From positions 50,475,741 through 50,539,740 of the forward strand of contig CM041465.1 in assembly GCA_023213395.1 (NCBI GenBank): a stretch of 64,000 nucleotides of DNA. The letters are read 5' to 3'. A program made the translations under genes and the position numbers. Positions 1-11,772 of the stretch are shown here, in pieces. The notes below the pieces were generated by a model. That model was not told the DNA's origin. It searched no databases and worked only from the letters and a program-made list of their open reading frames with translations. Numbering within the stretch: position 1 is the first letter of the stretch; each line of letters begins with the position of its first letter. This DNA is from Cycas panzhihuaensis (taxonomy: Eukaryota; Plantae; Cycadophyta).

Positions 1-2508
1 TTTGGTTTGCTTTGGATGTTGCCTGGATTCCTCTGAAATGGCCATATTTGGTTAGGTGATCGATCATGACAAAAATTGCATTTTTACCTTCTGATTTGGG
101 GAGCCCTTTTATGGAATCCATTGAAATTTCTTCCTATTTTTGTTCTAGCATATACAGTAGTTGGAGTAATCCAAGGGTCTTCATGCATTCGCTCCTGTTT
201 CGTTGACATATATCACATTCTAAAACAAATTTGTGGATGTCCACTTTCATTCTTTTTTAAAAAGGTGTATTCTAGATTTGGTGATAAATCTTGTCAATCC
301 TTATGTGTTCTTGGAGTGGAATGGGCTTCGTGGAGGATTTTTGTTTAGAGTGTAGATGTAGTTGGTACTAACATTAGGTTACCTTTGAGTTCATATTTGA
401 TTGCTTCTCTGGCATGAATTTTTCGTAGTGCTTTCTAGGACATTGCGTTGCCCGGATATTCTTGAATTAGCTCTTTGATCTAACTTGGAGTAGCAATTGA
501 AATTGCCTACATGGATATATCCTTTTGCTTGGGGCCATCGTTGGGGATTCTTGATAGTGCGTCTACAATGGCATTTTCTTTTTTCTTTTTGTAAATGATG
601 TTGAAATCAAACGTTTGAAGTTTACTAACTTATTTTTTTTGTTCGTTCAATAATGATTTTGATTTAGGAAGTATTTGAGGCTATTATGATCGATCTTGAC
701 TACAAATTTGCTCTCTAGTAAGTATTGCTGCCATTGGTGTATAGTGTGCATGGTTGCCAACATTTCCTTCTTGTAAATGGGTTTCAATCGCTCCCTTGCA
801 TTCAACTTGTGACTTTCATATGTTAATGGTTGATTGTCTTGGAGAAGCACAACTCCTAATCCTACTCTTGATGTGTCACATTCCAAAATAAATGATCAGT
901 TAAAATCTAGCATTGCAAGTTCTGGGGCTATCACCATGGCTATCTTCAATCTTTGATACGTTTCCTTGGTCAGTTGGCTTTATGTGAATGCATCCTTTTT
1001 TGTTAGATTGGTTTATGGCATTGCAATGTGGGTGTATCTTTTAATAAATTGTTGTAGGAACCCGACGATGCCTAAGAAACTTCTTACACGTTACATTTTT
1101 TGATGTGGACCATTCCATGATTGATTGGACCTTTTTTGGATCCATTTTGACACCCTCTTCTGTGATAAAGTGTCCAAGGTATTCCAATTTGTTTGTTCGA
1201 AGGTGCATTTGCAAAAACGTGGTTGTGTTCTAACACTTGTAGCATGGCCTTGATGTGCTTTGAATGTTCTTCTTAGGTTGGACTGTAGATCAAAATGTCA
1301 TCAAAGAATACTAGCATAAATTTGCGTAAGAAGGGATTGAGTACCTTGTTCATTGTGCTCTAGAGTGTGGCCAAAACATTGGTTAAGCCAAATGGCATAA
1401 CGCGGAATTCAAGTAACCCTTCGTGGGTGCAGAAGGTTGTTTTGTATACATTTTCTATCTTAATGTAGATATGATAATATTGTGAACATAGGTCGATTTT
1501 TGAAAAATACTTAAACTCCATGTAGTTCATCTAGTAAGTTGTCTATTCAAGGAATTGGGTATTTGTTTTTGACTATGAGCCTATTGAGTCTTCGGTGGTT
1601 GATACATATATGATATGACCTATCTTTCTTCTGGCTTAATATAACTGACAATGCGAAGGGGCTAGAGCTGGGGGTAATGTATCCTTTTTGTAAGAGCTCC
1701 TATTTAATCCGTTTGATCTCTTTCTTGAAGTGATATGGGTGTTAGTATGGTTGGATGTTTACTGGTGTTGCTCTCGATGTTAACTCAATGTGGTGCTCGC
1801 ATCCTTGGTTTTGGGGGTAACCCATGGGGTGGTTTCTCAATGATTTTATTGTGTTGATCAACAAGGGTTTGTACTTCAATTGGAATATCCTCCAACAAGA
1901 TCTTGTAGCACATCATCAGGTATGAGGCAGTGTTTTTCCTTAACAATTTCTTCATACAGTGTGACATCACTAGCTAAGTTGGTGGTGTGGGTGGAACCTG
2001 CAATTTAAACCTACATCCTTTCTAAAAATAATTCATGAAATAAATCCTATAGTTAGTAACAATGTTCCCTAGATTTTGTAACCATTGAATCCCAAGGACC
2101 ATGTCAAGTCCTCTTATTGGCACGAGGAACATGCATGTAGTTGTAGAATGATTGGCTATTTGTAGGTACACTTTATGGCAATGTCCTCTACATGGCATAC
2201 TCTTCTCGTTAGCGATAGCAATCTAGAATACGTTGAGTGGTTGAATGGGTAGGCCTAATTTTTTCACCTTTGATGATGAAATTATGAGTCCTATTGTTGT
2301 TTGCTAGGATTGATATTTTTGTTTTTTTCCTAGAATTTTAGTGTTTGAGGGGTGTTGACCTTCCTTGTAATTGCTTGCAATGACATCTGCATATTTTTGG
2401 TGTCCATCTTAAGTAATTCCTCGATTCTCGATTTGCTAGTTTCGGGTTGTGGCCCTTCTTTTTGAATTCGTCTAGGTTATTTGTGTCCTCATTGTTGATC
2501 ATGAGTAT
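1..2508 (-). mobile_element. Ty3/Gypsy chromovirus (Reina-like) copy A, decayed pol (protease-RT-RNase H-integrase N-part); continues at 8641-8706 after the Copia insert
   Basis: Minus-strand RNase H 'ECDTSRVGLGVVLLQ...YESHKL' (ORF 647..886), RT VFFDDILIY-type motif (~1290-1315), colinear with copy B at 10080-11770 and 16990-17820. Confidence 0.9.
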
Positions 2509-2824
2509 ATGAAAAGAGTGGATCTATCCTTCATCTCCATGCACTAAACACAAAGGCAAACATGGGAGCAAGAGAGATTTGAGAGAAAGAAAGTAGCTCT
2601 CACAAAATGGGGAGATAAAAGAATGAATATGAAGGAAGCAAGCTCTGAGTCTAGTTTGCAGCACAAAAATCGGCACTCCATTTCATTATCATGGGAGAAA
2701 GTTATTGCTGATTTAGTGAAGACTACTATTTTTTATGTATTTAAAAAAAAAAAAAGTGAATAAAATTTTCTTCCTTCTTTTTATAAGGCTTAAAAGCCCA
2801 TTCTAAAAGTAGGAGAAAAGCACT

Positions 2825-3577
2825 TGGATCAGAGTAATATCTGGTGTCCTCACTCACTTCTTAGCATTACATTTCAACACTCCAAAATCACTTAAAGCAA
2901 GCACTCCAAAAGCACTCCAAGCAAGTATTCTATTTTCACTTAAATATACATTTGATGCAATTCGATAATCTTCACTCTTCCTAAAAGGAACGCATCACGT
3001 ATGCTATTTTTTGCCATCTTGTGCCTGTTCACACACTCGCCAAGGTTGAGATATCTTGGTTGGCAGAATGGCGTGCTATAAAGGAGGTGTGTGTTTCAAG
3101 TTGGGACTGGACTAAATCAGAATATTGGTGAGGTTTGGTTAGCTATACCATCATGCCTCAATCAGGGATCATCCTGATAACCAACCGAGAAAACTAAAAT
3201 TTTAATACAAGATTAAAATATACCCGATCCAATATCCGTCATAGCCATGGGTATGCACGTACCACTCTTTAGAGGAGGTATATAGCTGTTCATTGGTGAA
3301 CTGGGTGAGGATTGGGAGTACTTGGGCTCCGTTGTGACTTGGATTTCATCACCAAGCACAATTGCGGGTATCGCGGGTGAAGGCCAACTTAATTCTACTA
3401 GAAGCCTATGCATCCCTTCAACAGCTTCAACTACATGTTGGACACAATTTAGAGGTTATTGGGTTGATTACGCATCCTACATTTGCGTTTCAAGTTGTAT
3501 ACACCCAATGATGTCAGTTTTTATATTGGTCTACAATCTTGTATATTGATCACTTACTTATTTGTAAAAAGTGATCC
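2825..3577 (+). promoter_or_regulatory. Conserved structured RNA region in Copia 5' leader (copy 1)
   Basis: Aligns with the reverse complement of 53560-54365. Multiple stems with compensatory changes (2828-2845, 3039-3060, 3125-3184, 3260-3280, 3293-3355, 3548-3576). Confidence 0.7.
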
Positions 3578-3591
3578 GTAGTGTAATCATA

Positions 3592-3857
3592 ATCATAGTG
3601 CTTCTCATATTCCTATTGCGTCAAGTTAATATTTGCCACAAGTGTTGGTCGTCAATTTTCATCATAGTGCTTCTCATATTCTTGCTGCGTCAGGTTAATA
3701 TTTGTCACAAGTGTTAGTGGCCAATTTTCATCATAGTGCTTCTCATATTCCTGTTGCGTCAAGTTAATATTTGTCACAAGTGTTAGTGGCCAATTTTCAT
3801 CATAGTACTTCTCATATCCCTGCAGTGTCAGGTTAATATTTGTCACAAGTGTTGGTG
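3592..3857. repeat. 69-bp tandem repeat, ~3.9 copies, between the structured leader and gag
   Basis: Units start at 3592, 3661, 3730, 3799 (ATCATAGTGCTTCTCATATT...CACAAGTGTT..CAATTTTC). Confidence 0.95.
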
Positions 3858-4018
3858 ACTTTTCTCTAAGTTGCTCCCTTTATTTTTGAGCAACCATTCT
3901 CACTTCTTCCTTCTGCTGCACTACTTTATTGCATCTCCCATTTGTAAACGGTGATTGGTCATTTATTGTCATTACTTTTATAGTCCCTTGTTCATTTCTT
4001 CCCTTCTCAAAATATATC

Positions 4019-7000
4019 ATGTCTTCATAGTTCGAGCAAAATGTGAACTGCATTCTAAAAGGGAAAGAAAATTGGGAAATGTGGTTCACTGGTGTCAGAA
4101 ATGCTACAAAGTATGAAGGTCTGTGGAGAGATCTCTTGCAACCTACACCATCTGTTGCAGCTACAACTACCTCAGCTGCTTCTTGAGGAGGTGTTCCAAC
4201 TGCTACCACTGAAGCTGCAGCTAAATGCCAATGGGAACTTGATGATGATAAAATCCGTGTAGGAATATTACTTGTCAATGATTATTCCCTGCGTAATATC
4301 ATTGATGAAGCTGTACATGATACATCATGGAAAGTTTTTGAAGTTTTTAAGAAGAATTTTGACGCTAAATCAAGCTTAGAATTTGTTTACTTAGTGCTGA
4401 TGAACAAATTGAAAATGCAGAAAGGACATGCAAGTGAGACAATCAATCTCCTTTGTCTAATCAAGCAAGCAATTGATAAAAATTTTAAAACTCAACGTAT
4501 TACATGGGCTTTCTTGATTCAGTCATGTCTCCATATCCCAAATTATAAAAATCTATTGGGAAGTCTTCAATCTAGTGGCACTTTGAAGACCCTAAACTTT
4601 GAGGCTCTTGCTAATAAGTTCATTGAATTTGATAAGACCTTTGATACCAACTTTGTCACTATATCAGATCCAGTTGATGCTGCTTTCGAAGTGGAAGAAG
4701 ATCTTTGTTATACCAAAAATCAAGGTCAATACTCTCGTAGAGGTGGTAATTCCCGTGGAAGAGGAAGGGTTAGACAACAAGGACAACGTCCTCTTGGTCA
4801 ATAGGCTCCTCAACTCCAACAAAAGCAGTCTCAAGGCCAAGCCCAAAATAATCAACCTGGACCTAGATCTAGTAATTAGAGACAATTCGACCAGCCCAAT
4901 ACTTCTTATGGGATTGGAAATCAAACAATTGTGTGTCAAAGGTGTAATAGAAAAGGACATTATGCTAAAAATTACAGAACTGCCACCAACAAACTACCAA
5001 GTTATCAACAACGCCATGGTGCACATAATGTTGATAATACTTCTTTTGAAGATGCTTTTGGTGGAACGCAATTTGCTCATGGACACCTTCAAAGAATTAG
5101 GACCACTTCATCAAATGTTATTGATAGATCCACTAAGTATATTGAGGCTCATTGTGGCTTCACCACTTGGAGTTGCAAATAGTGCCACCTCAAATACTTC
5201 ATTGTGGATCATGGATACTAGAGCAACACAACACATGACTTGTCATCGCCAGTTCTTTCAAGATTTTGACTCTGATGTTCGTGGTGTTGTACACATGGCT
5301 GCCAAATCATTTTAGCCAGTTGAAGGACTTGGAACTCTTTGCTTGAAACTCCCAGGCCTTCTAGATTTTACACTTGTTGATGTTTTATATATTCTTGCTT
5401 TGAAGCAGAAACTGCTCTCCCTGCCCCCCCTTGTCTCTCGTGGATTTGATCTGAGTGTAACTGCAAATAATCAAACTCTTTGTGTCATTCACCCTCCTTC
5501 AAGTGCTGTGGTTATGACTGAAATTCTTGATGGCAAACTTTTTTCCCTAACTGGCTTACCATCCTCTGAAGCCAACTATGTTAATGATGACTCTGCTTTT
5601 ACCACAACCCTGACTCCTCAAAAGTTGTCCCAAGCGGCTGTATGGCATGCTCGTATGGGCCGTATATTGATCGTTTAAGAGAGCTACATGCCACTCTTCC
5701 TAGTATGCCTAGGCTCTCCTCTAAGCCCTTCAAATGTGAAGCATGTATCATTGCCAAATCTCAAAGACAACCCTTTTCTCGTAGTCAGTGGAAATCTAGC
5801 CAACCTTTGCAGCTTGTACACTCAGATATATGCGGTCCTATGCCCATCCCATCTCTCAAATAGAAGTGGTAATATATTACTTTCATTGATGATTTTACCA
5901 AGAAAGTATGGATTGCTTTTTTTGCAAAGAAAGATGAATCTTTTTTCATATTTCAAGTTTTCAAGGTCCGCGTGGAAAATGAATCTGGATTCAAGATCAA
6001 AATACTCAGGACTGACAATGGTGGCGAGTACACATCCAATGAGTTTGAATCATACCTACGTCAACATGGAATCAAACATCAGACCACTGTTGCAGGTACA
6101 CCCCAGCAAAATGGAGTTGCCGAGCGCATGAATAGGACCATCATGAACATGGCTCGTGCTATGCTGGTATATAAGAATGTCCCTGTCTATCTTTGGGGTA
6201 AGGCTATCTGGACTACTGTGTATTGCATCAACACTATTAGTTCCTCCAAGCTCGGCCCCTCTCCACATGAAATGTAGTATGGACAAACCTCCTCTATCTC
6301 CCACCTCAAAATTTTTGGCTCTACTTGTTACGCTCACATTCTGGAGGAACATAAAAACAAGCTCCAAGATAGAGCCATCAAAGGAATCTTTGTTGAATAC
6401 CCTATGGACAAAAAGGGGTACAAGGTTTTCATAACTTCACAACGCAAAATCATCATCACTAGAGATGTTATCTTTGCAGAGACTGAAGATCAATCACTCT
6501 CACTTGCCTTCATACTGATTTAATGATGCTACTGAATTTGATGTCCAGATTCCAAAATTTAGGGGGGGAGATGCTCAATAGTTGCTCAAAATCTTGGAAT
6601 TTGATTAAAGCCCCAGAGGATACAAGCTGTGACTTCCAGCCAATGTGTATACATTCACCACCATCATTTGCAAAAAACCAAGTTGACAAAGGCAAAGCCA
6701 TAGCAGAAGGATGATTTTCTCCAACATTTGTGGCTGGCCCATCTTCTCCAACATTGTCAACTTCCTCCATGCCAAACATTTCGCATGATCCTTTTCAGGA
6801 TCAAATTGAAGACCAGGAGGCTATGGAAATGAAAACATCATTCCCAACTTGAGGTTTTCGTGAAGCCTACCAGCTACACAAGGACATGCGACCAGATGAG
6901 GTAGGCAAAATTGGCACTAGAAGTGCCCATAGAGCAAGGGTGCATGAATCACTTTTCGTTGAGCTTGAACCAACAGAACTGCACCTTGCTCTTAATGAAG

Positions 7001-8595
7001 AGCCCTTAACGTACCAAGAAGCTGTAAAGCATGCAACTTGGAGAAATGCCATGAACAGACAGTACCAATCTCTTATCAAGAACGATACATGGGAGCTTGT
7101 TGATCTACCACTTGGAAGAAAGGTAGTTCAAAACAAATGGGTTACATGGGAGCTTGTTGATCTACCACTTGGAAGAAAGGTAGTTCAAAACAAATGGGTG
7201 TTTAAAAACAAGTACAGATCAGATAACACCCGAGGAAAAGACAAGGCGAGGTTGGTAGCAAAAGAATTCATGCAAAGGGAAGGCATCGACTACACTGAAA
7301 TCTTTGCTCCTACAACCAAGTGGCCTACAATTAGAACTCTTATAGCCTTGGCTACTCAACAGGGTTGGAAAATCCACCAACTCGATGTTAAGACCGCATT
7401 TTTCAATGGGGACCTTAAAGAAGAAATTTACATGGCTCAGTCAGAAGGATACGAGATTGTTGGTCAGGAGCATAAAGTTTGCAGGCTCAGAAATTCCTTG
7501 TATGGCGTAAAGCAAGCCCCTCGTGCTTGGTTTACCAAGTTGTTTGAAAGAATGAGGCAACTTGGATATGAGGTTTGTGACTATCAAGATATTGATGTAA
7601 CATTATTTATCAAACGCCAGAATGATAAAGTCACTTACCTCTTAATCTTTGTGGATGATATGCTAATAACGGAGAATAATGAATAGGTAATCGGCCAATT
7701 GGATAAGGACCTTGCTAAAACTTTTGAATTGTCTGACCTCAGGTTGATGAAATATTACTTGGGAATTTAAGTAACTCAAAAGAATGTCAAAATCTCTCTC
7801 CCAAGAAAAATATATCAACGATCTTCTGACAAAGTTTCAGTTGGAAGGTGCTCGACCAATGGATACACCTATGGAACCTAATATTAAACTCTCAACTGAT
7901 GGTGGCACTAGGGAGGCAGACACAACACTCTACAGACAACTTGTACTACCAACACAAGGCTAGATATTGTGCACTATGTCGGCATTCTTGCAAGATTCAT
8001 GACAAATCCTAAGCAGAATCATTGGCAAGCTGCAATACGAGTGTTGAAGTACCTGAGGACGACCAACAAATATGGTCTGTTGTATGAAACCAATGCAGAA
8101 TTTAAACTTTATGCATACATAGACTCAGACTTTGCTAGAGATAAAGACACAGGAAAATCTACGTCTGGGTACGTAACATTTCTTGGAACAACACCAATAT
8201 CATGGAGATCCAAACGACAGAAGATAGTTGCAGACTCAACTGCCGAAGCTGAATATATTGCTGTTTCTGAGACAAGCAAGTAGGTGATATGGCTTAGAAA
8301 ATTGTTGAATATATTAAATGCCACCCAAACAAGTTCTATTAGTTTACATATAGATAATCAATCTACAATCCAAATGGCTAAAAATTCTATATTTCATGAT
8401 CGTACCAAACATATAAGTACGAAAGTCCACAGGATTAGAAAACTAGTTCATGATGGTGCAATTCTACTGGAGTATTGGCCCACAGTAGATCAATTTGCCG
8501 ATATCTTCACCAAACCACTGAAGAGGGTGAAGTTTGAATAGTTCCGAAAGTAACTCGGTCTTAGGGCCTCCATCTCTGACTTATTGAAGGAGATG
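4019..8595 (+). pseudogene. Copia gag-pol, with stops and frameshifts
   Basis: Zn knuckle CQRCNRKGH, protease WIMDTRATQHM, integrase LVHSDICGP/LRTDNGGEY/QQNGVAER, RT HQLDVKTAF/FVDDMLI, RNase H YIDSDFA/FHDRTKHI. Confidence 0.92.
7086..7199. repeat. Perfect 57-bp in-frame tandem duplication in RT (TWELVDLPLGRKVVQNKWV x2)
   Basis: 7086-7142 repeated at 7143-7199; visible in ORF 6886..7686. Confidence 0.95.
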
Positions 8596-9133
8596 AGAAT
8601 AGAACCATCATACTTTGTCTCATTCGTGAAAACCCCTCCACAATCAAAGCAAATTCCTCTCTTTAGATGTTAGGCCTTAGATAACTTACTTTCTATTGTC
8701 CCTTCTTTCCTCTCTTCTATAAGTGGGGGTTCCAATAGTTTTGGGCAAGATTGTATGCTAATTTTGGCCCACAGGTTTTTCCAAAACCGCTTTTATATGG
8801 TTATTATTATTATTTTTTTATAATGATTGCTTTTAAATTTTTCACATTTTTTGAAATAATATCATTAATTTTATTCTTTTACAAAGTGGGCTATGGGTCC
8901 TAGTTGCCCTTAAGGCCGAAAATATGGCAGATTTGTAGCTCAAAAGTGATCTCCAATCCTAGGTTGAATAGCCCTATAAATAAGCAGCCAAAATTCTAAT
9001 TGAGGAAGTCTACTAGAACTACTTAATGAGGTTGGCCAAAGTGTAGGAAACTGCATAACAAGGTCGACCAAAATAAACAATAAAAATTATAAAATGAAGT
9101 TGACCAGACTTAACAATATTGGGGTCAAATTTC

Positions 9134-9376
9134 TTAGAGTGGAAATGCTACAAGCCCCTCCCCTTGTAAATATGCTTTGTCCTTGAAACGTGGGATGGTT
9201 GTGTGTTGTTGGTACCATTCCTCAGACTCCCAAGTTCCTTCTTCGTAATTAAGGGTCTTCCATTTTATTAGGTACTCCCAAATCTCTCTAGAGCATAGCT
9301 TCTTAGTCCATATTTGTGAGATGCCTTTTGGTTCTATGATTATCTTGCCTTCTTTGTTCAGTACTAGCAAATCCAT
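9134..9376 (-). pseudogene. Integrase C-terminal chromodomain of copy B
   Basis: EYLIKWK...EEGTWE chromodomain motif; the frame runs through the PPT into the 3' LTR (DKAYLQGEGLVAFPL*). Confidence 0.85.
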
Positions 9377-11772
9377 TTGAGGGTTGATAGTTTGCCCTAA
9401 CTTTCATTTGAGACATGAGACGTGGAAGACATTATGAATGCAATTGCCTCGGGGAAGGTCGAGTCAATACACCACTTCTCCTATTTGTTTACGATTTGAT
9501 ATGGACCAAAGAATTGTGGCTGTAATTTGAATTTGTTGGATTGTTTCATTATGGCTTGTTTATAAGGTTGAAGCCTTAAGAATACCCAATCTCCTATTCG
9601 AAGGATCCCTCAGTTCTGTGTAAATCAATTTGTTGTTTCATGTGATTCTTGTCTAGATTTAAGTTATCTTTTAGTATTTGTAGTGTTCTCTCCATTTGTT
9701 CTTGTTGTTTGAGTAAATTAGAGTCGTGAGGTCTTTGCCCATGTAAGAAGAGATGGGGGATTCAAAGCCATACAATGTTTGGAACGAGGGCATTTTAATG
9801 ACTGTATGGTATGTGGTGTTGTGCCACTACTCAACCCCGTGGAGCCATTTATGCCACTGTTGTTGTTTGTTAGATGTGAAATTTTGGAAATATCCTTCTA
9901 GACATTTGTTTATAATATCTATTTGATTGTTCATCTGGGGGTGTTAGGCAGTATTCATGGATAGTTATGTGCTAGCTAGTTTAAATAGTTCTTGTCAAAA
10001 ATTGCTTGTGAATTTAGGATTGCGATCGTTGAGGATAACCTTTGGGAATCCATGGAGACAATGAATCTCCTTGATAAAGAGTTTGATGATTGGGTTTGTT
10101 TTGGCTGTTGTTTGGATTCCTCTGAAATGGATGTATTTGGTTAGGTGATTGACCACAATAAAAATTGCATCTTTGCCTTCTGATTTAGGGAGCCCTATGA
10201 AATCCATTGAAAAATTCTCTTTTTTATTCTAGTATATACAATGGTTGGAGTAATCTAGGGGTCTTCATGCTTTTGCTCATGTTCCTTTGATATATATTGC
10301 ATTTCAAAACAAATTTGTGGATGTTTTCTTTTATTCTTTTTTAGAAAATGTATTTTGTATTTGGTGAAAAGTCTTGTTAATCCCTACACGTCTGGCTATT
10401 TGGAGTGGAGTGGGCTTTAAGGAGGATTTTGGTTTTGAGTGTGGATGTAGTAGTACTAAGATCTTTCCCTTTTGTAGGATCATATTACCTCTAAGTTTAT
10501 ATTGACTGCTCTTCTGATTTGAATTTTTCGTAGTGCTTTCTAGGACATCAGGTCACCCTGATATTCTTGAACTAGCTCTTGGATCCAACTTGGAGTAACA
10601 ATAGAAATTGACTGCATGGAGATATCCCCTTACTTGTGGCCATTGTTGAAGATTCTTGATAGTGCATTCACAATGACATTTCCTTTTCCCTTTTTGTAAA
10701 TAATATTGAAATCAAATGTTTGAAGTTTACTAACCCATTTCTGTTGTTCGTTCGATAATGGTTTTTGATTTAAAAAATATTTGAGGCCATCATGATTGAT
10801 CTTGATCACAAATTTGCTCCCAAGTAAGTATTGCCGCTATTGGTGTATGGCGTGCATGATTGCTAACATTTCCTTGTTGTAAATGGGTTTCAATTGCTCC
10901 CTTGTCTTCATCTTGTGATTTATATATGCTAATGGTCAATTGTTTTGGAGAGCTATGGTTCTTAATCCTATTAATGCGTCGCATTTCAAAATGAATGGCC
11001 AACTAAAGTCTAGCATTATGAGTACTAGGGCTATGACCATTATTATCTTCAATCCTTGAAATGCTTCCTCAATCAGTTGGCTTCATGCGAATGCACCATT
11101 TTTTATTAGATCGGTTAATGCCGTTGTGATGTGGGCATATCCTTTAATAAATTGTCGTAGGAACTTGACAATGCCTAAGAAATTTCTTATGCTTGTTACA
11201 TTTTTTGGTGTAGGCCATTCCATGATTGTTTGAACCCTTTTTTGATCCATTTTGACACCCCCTTATGTGATAAGGTGTCGAAGGTATTCTAGTTTGGTTT
11301 GCCCAAAGGTGCATTTGCTCTTGTTTGCAAAGAACTGGTTGTCTTCTAACACTTGTAGCATGGGCTTGATGTGCTCTAAATGTTCTTCTTAGGTTGGTCT
11401 ATAGAGCAAAATGTCATCAAAGAATACTAGTGCAAATTTGTGTAAGAAGGGATAAAGTACTTTGTTCATTGTACTCTGGAATGTGGTAGGAGCATTGGTT
11501 GAATCAAATGGCATAACACAGAATTTGAATAACCCTTCGTGGGTGTAGAAGGTTGTTTTGTATACATCTTCTACCTTAATGAGGATACGATAATATCCTG
11601 AACATAGGTCTATTTTTGAAAAATACATAGCTCCATGTAGTTTATCTAGTAAGTTGGTTATTCGAGGAATTGGGTACTTGTTTATGACGATGAGCTTGTT
11701 GAATCCTTGGTAGTCGATGCACATATGGTATGACCCATCTTTTTTTTGGCATAATATAATTGGCAATGCGAA

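Larger units (their letters stand above)
2509..8640 (+). mobile_element. Ty1/Copia element lacking both LTRs, same lineage as the young Copia at 48044-55868
   Basis: Long leader, then gag-PR-IN-RT-RH order. Gag start matches MSTNFKQNVNCMLKGKENW of 53411. Gypsy host sequence resumes at ~8641. Confidence 0.9.

Noticed and set aside
3172-3196. Hammerhead-like CUGAUAA...GAAA in the structured leader (also ~53938-53957)
   Set aside because: The core is CUGAUAA, not CUGANGA, in both copies. CCUGAU is better explained as paired in the conserved AUCAGG hairpin, and I found no stem III/NUH arrangement.
3330-3344. CGTTGTGACTTGGAT resembles, from memory, a short stretch of the EMCV IRES
   Set aside because: A 15-nt match with one mismatch is expected by chance at window scale and is not kept in copy 2; it is not evidence of homology.
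3592-3857. Repeat array as a CRISPR, or as a repeat protein (ORF 3652..3846)
   Set aside because: Units are contiguous with no unique spacers, the context is eukaryotic, and the ORF only reflects a 69-bp (3n) unit.
3880-4278. Antisense ORFs over gag/pol (e.g. 3880..4278, 15312..15671, 44723..45103, 50342..50746)
   Set aside because: Shadow frames opposite retroelement coding sequence, with no independent motifs.
9147-9168. TACAAG/CTTGTA stem around the Reina PPT
   Set aside because: Only 6 bp and lacks the CAUUAA core seen in the Copia-type cases; too weak to count as another instance.
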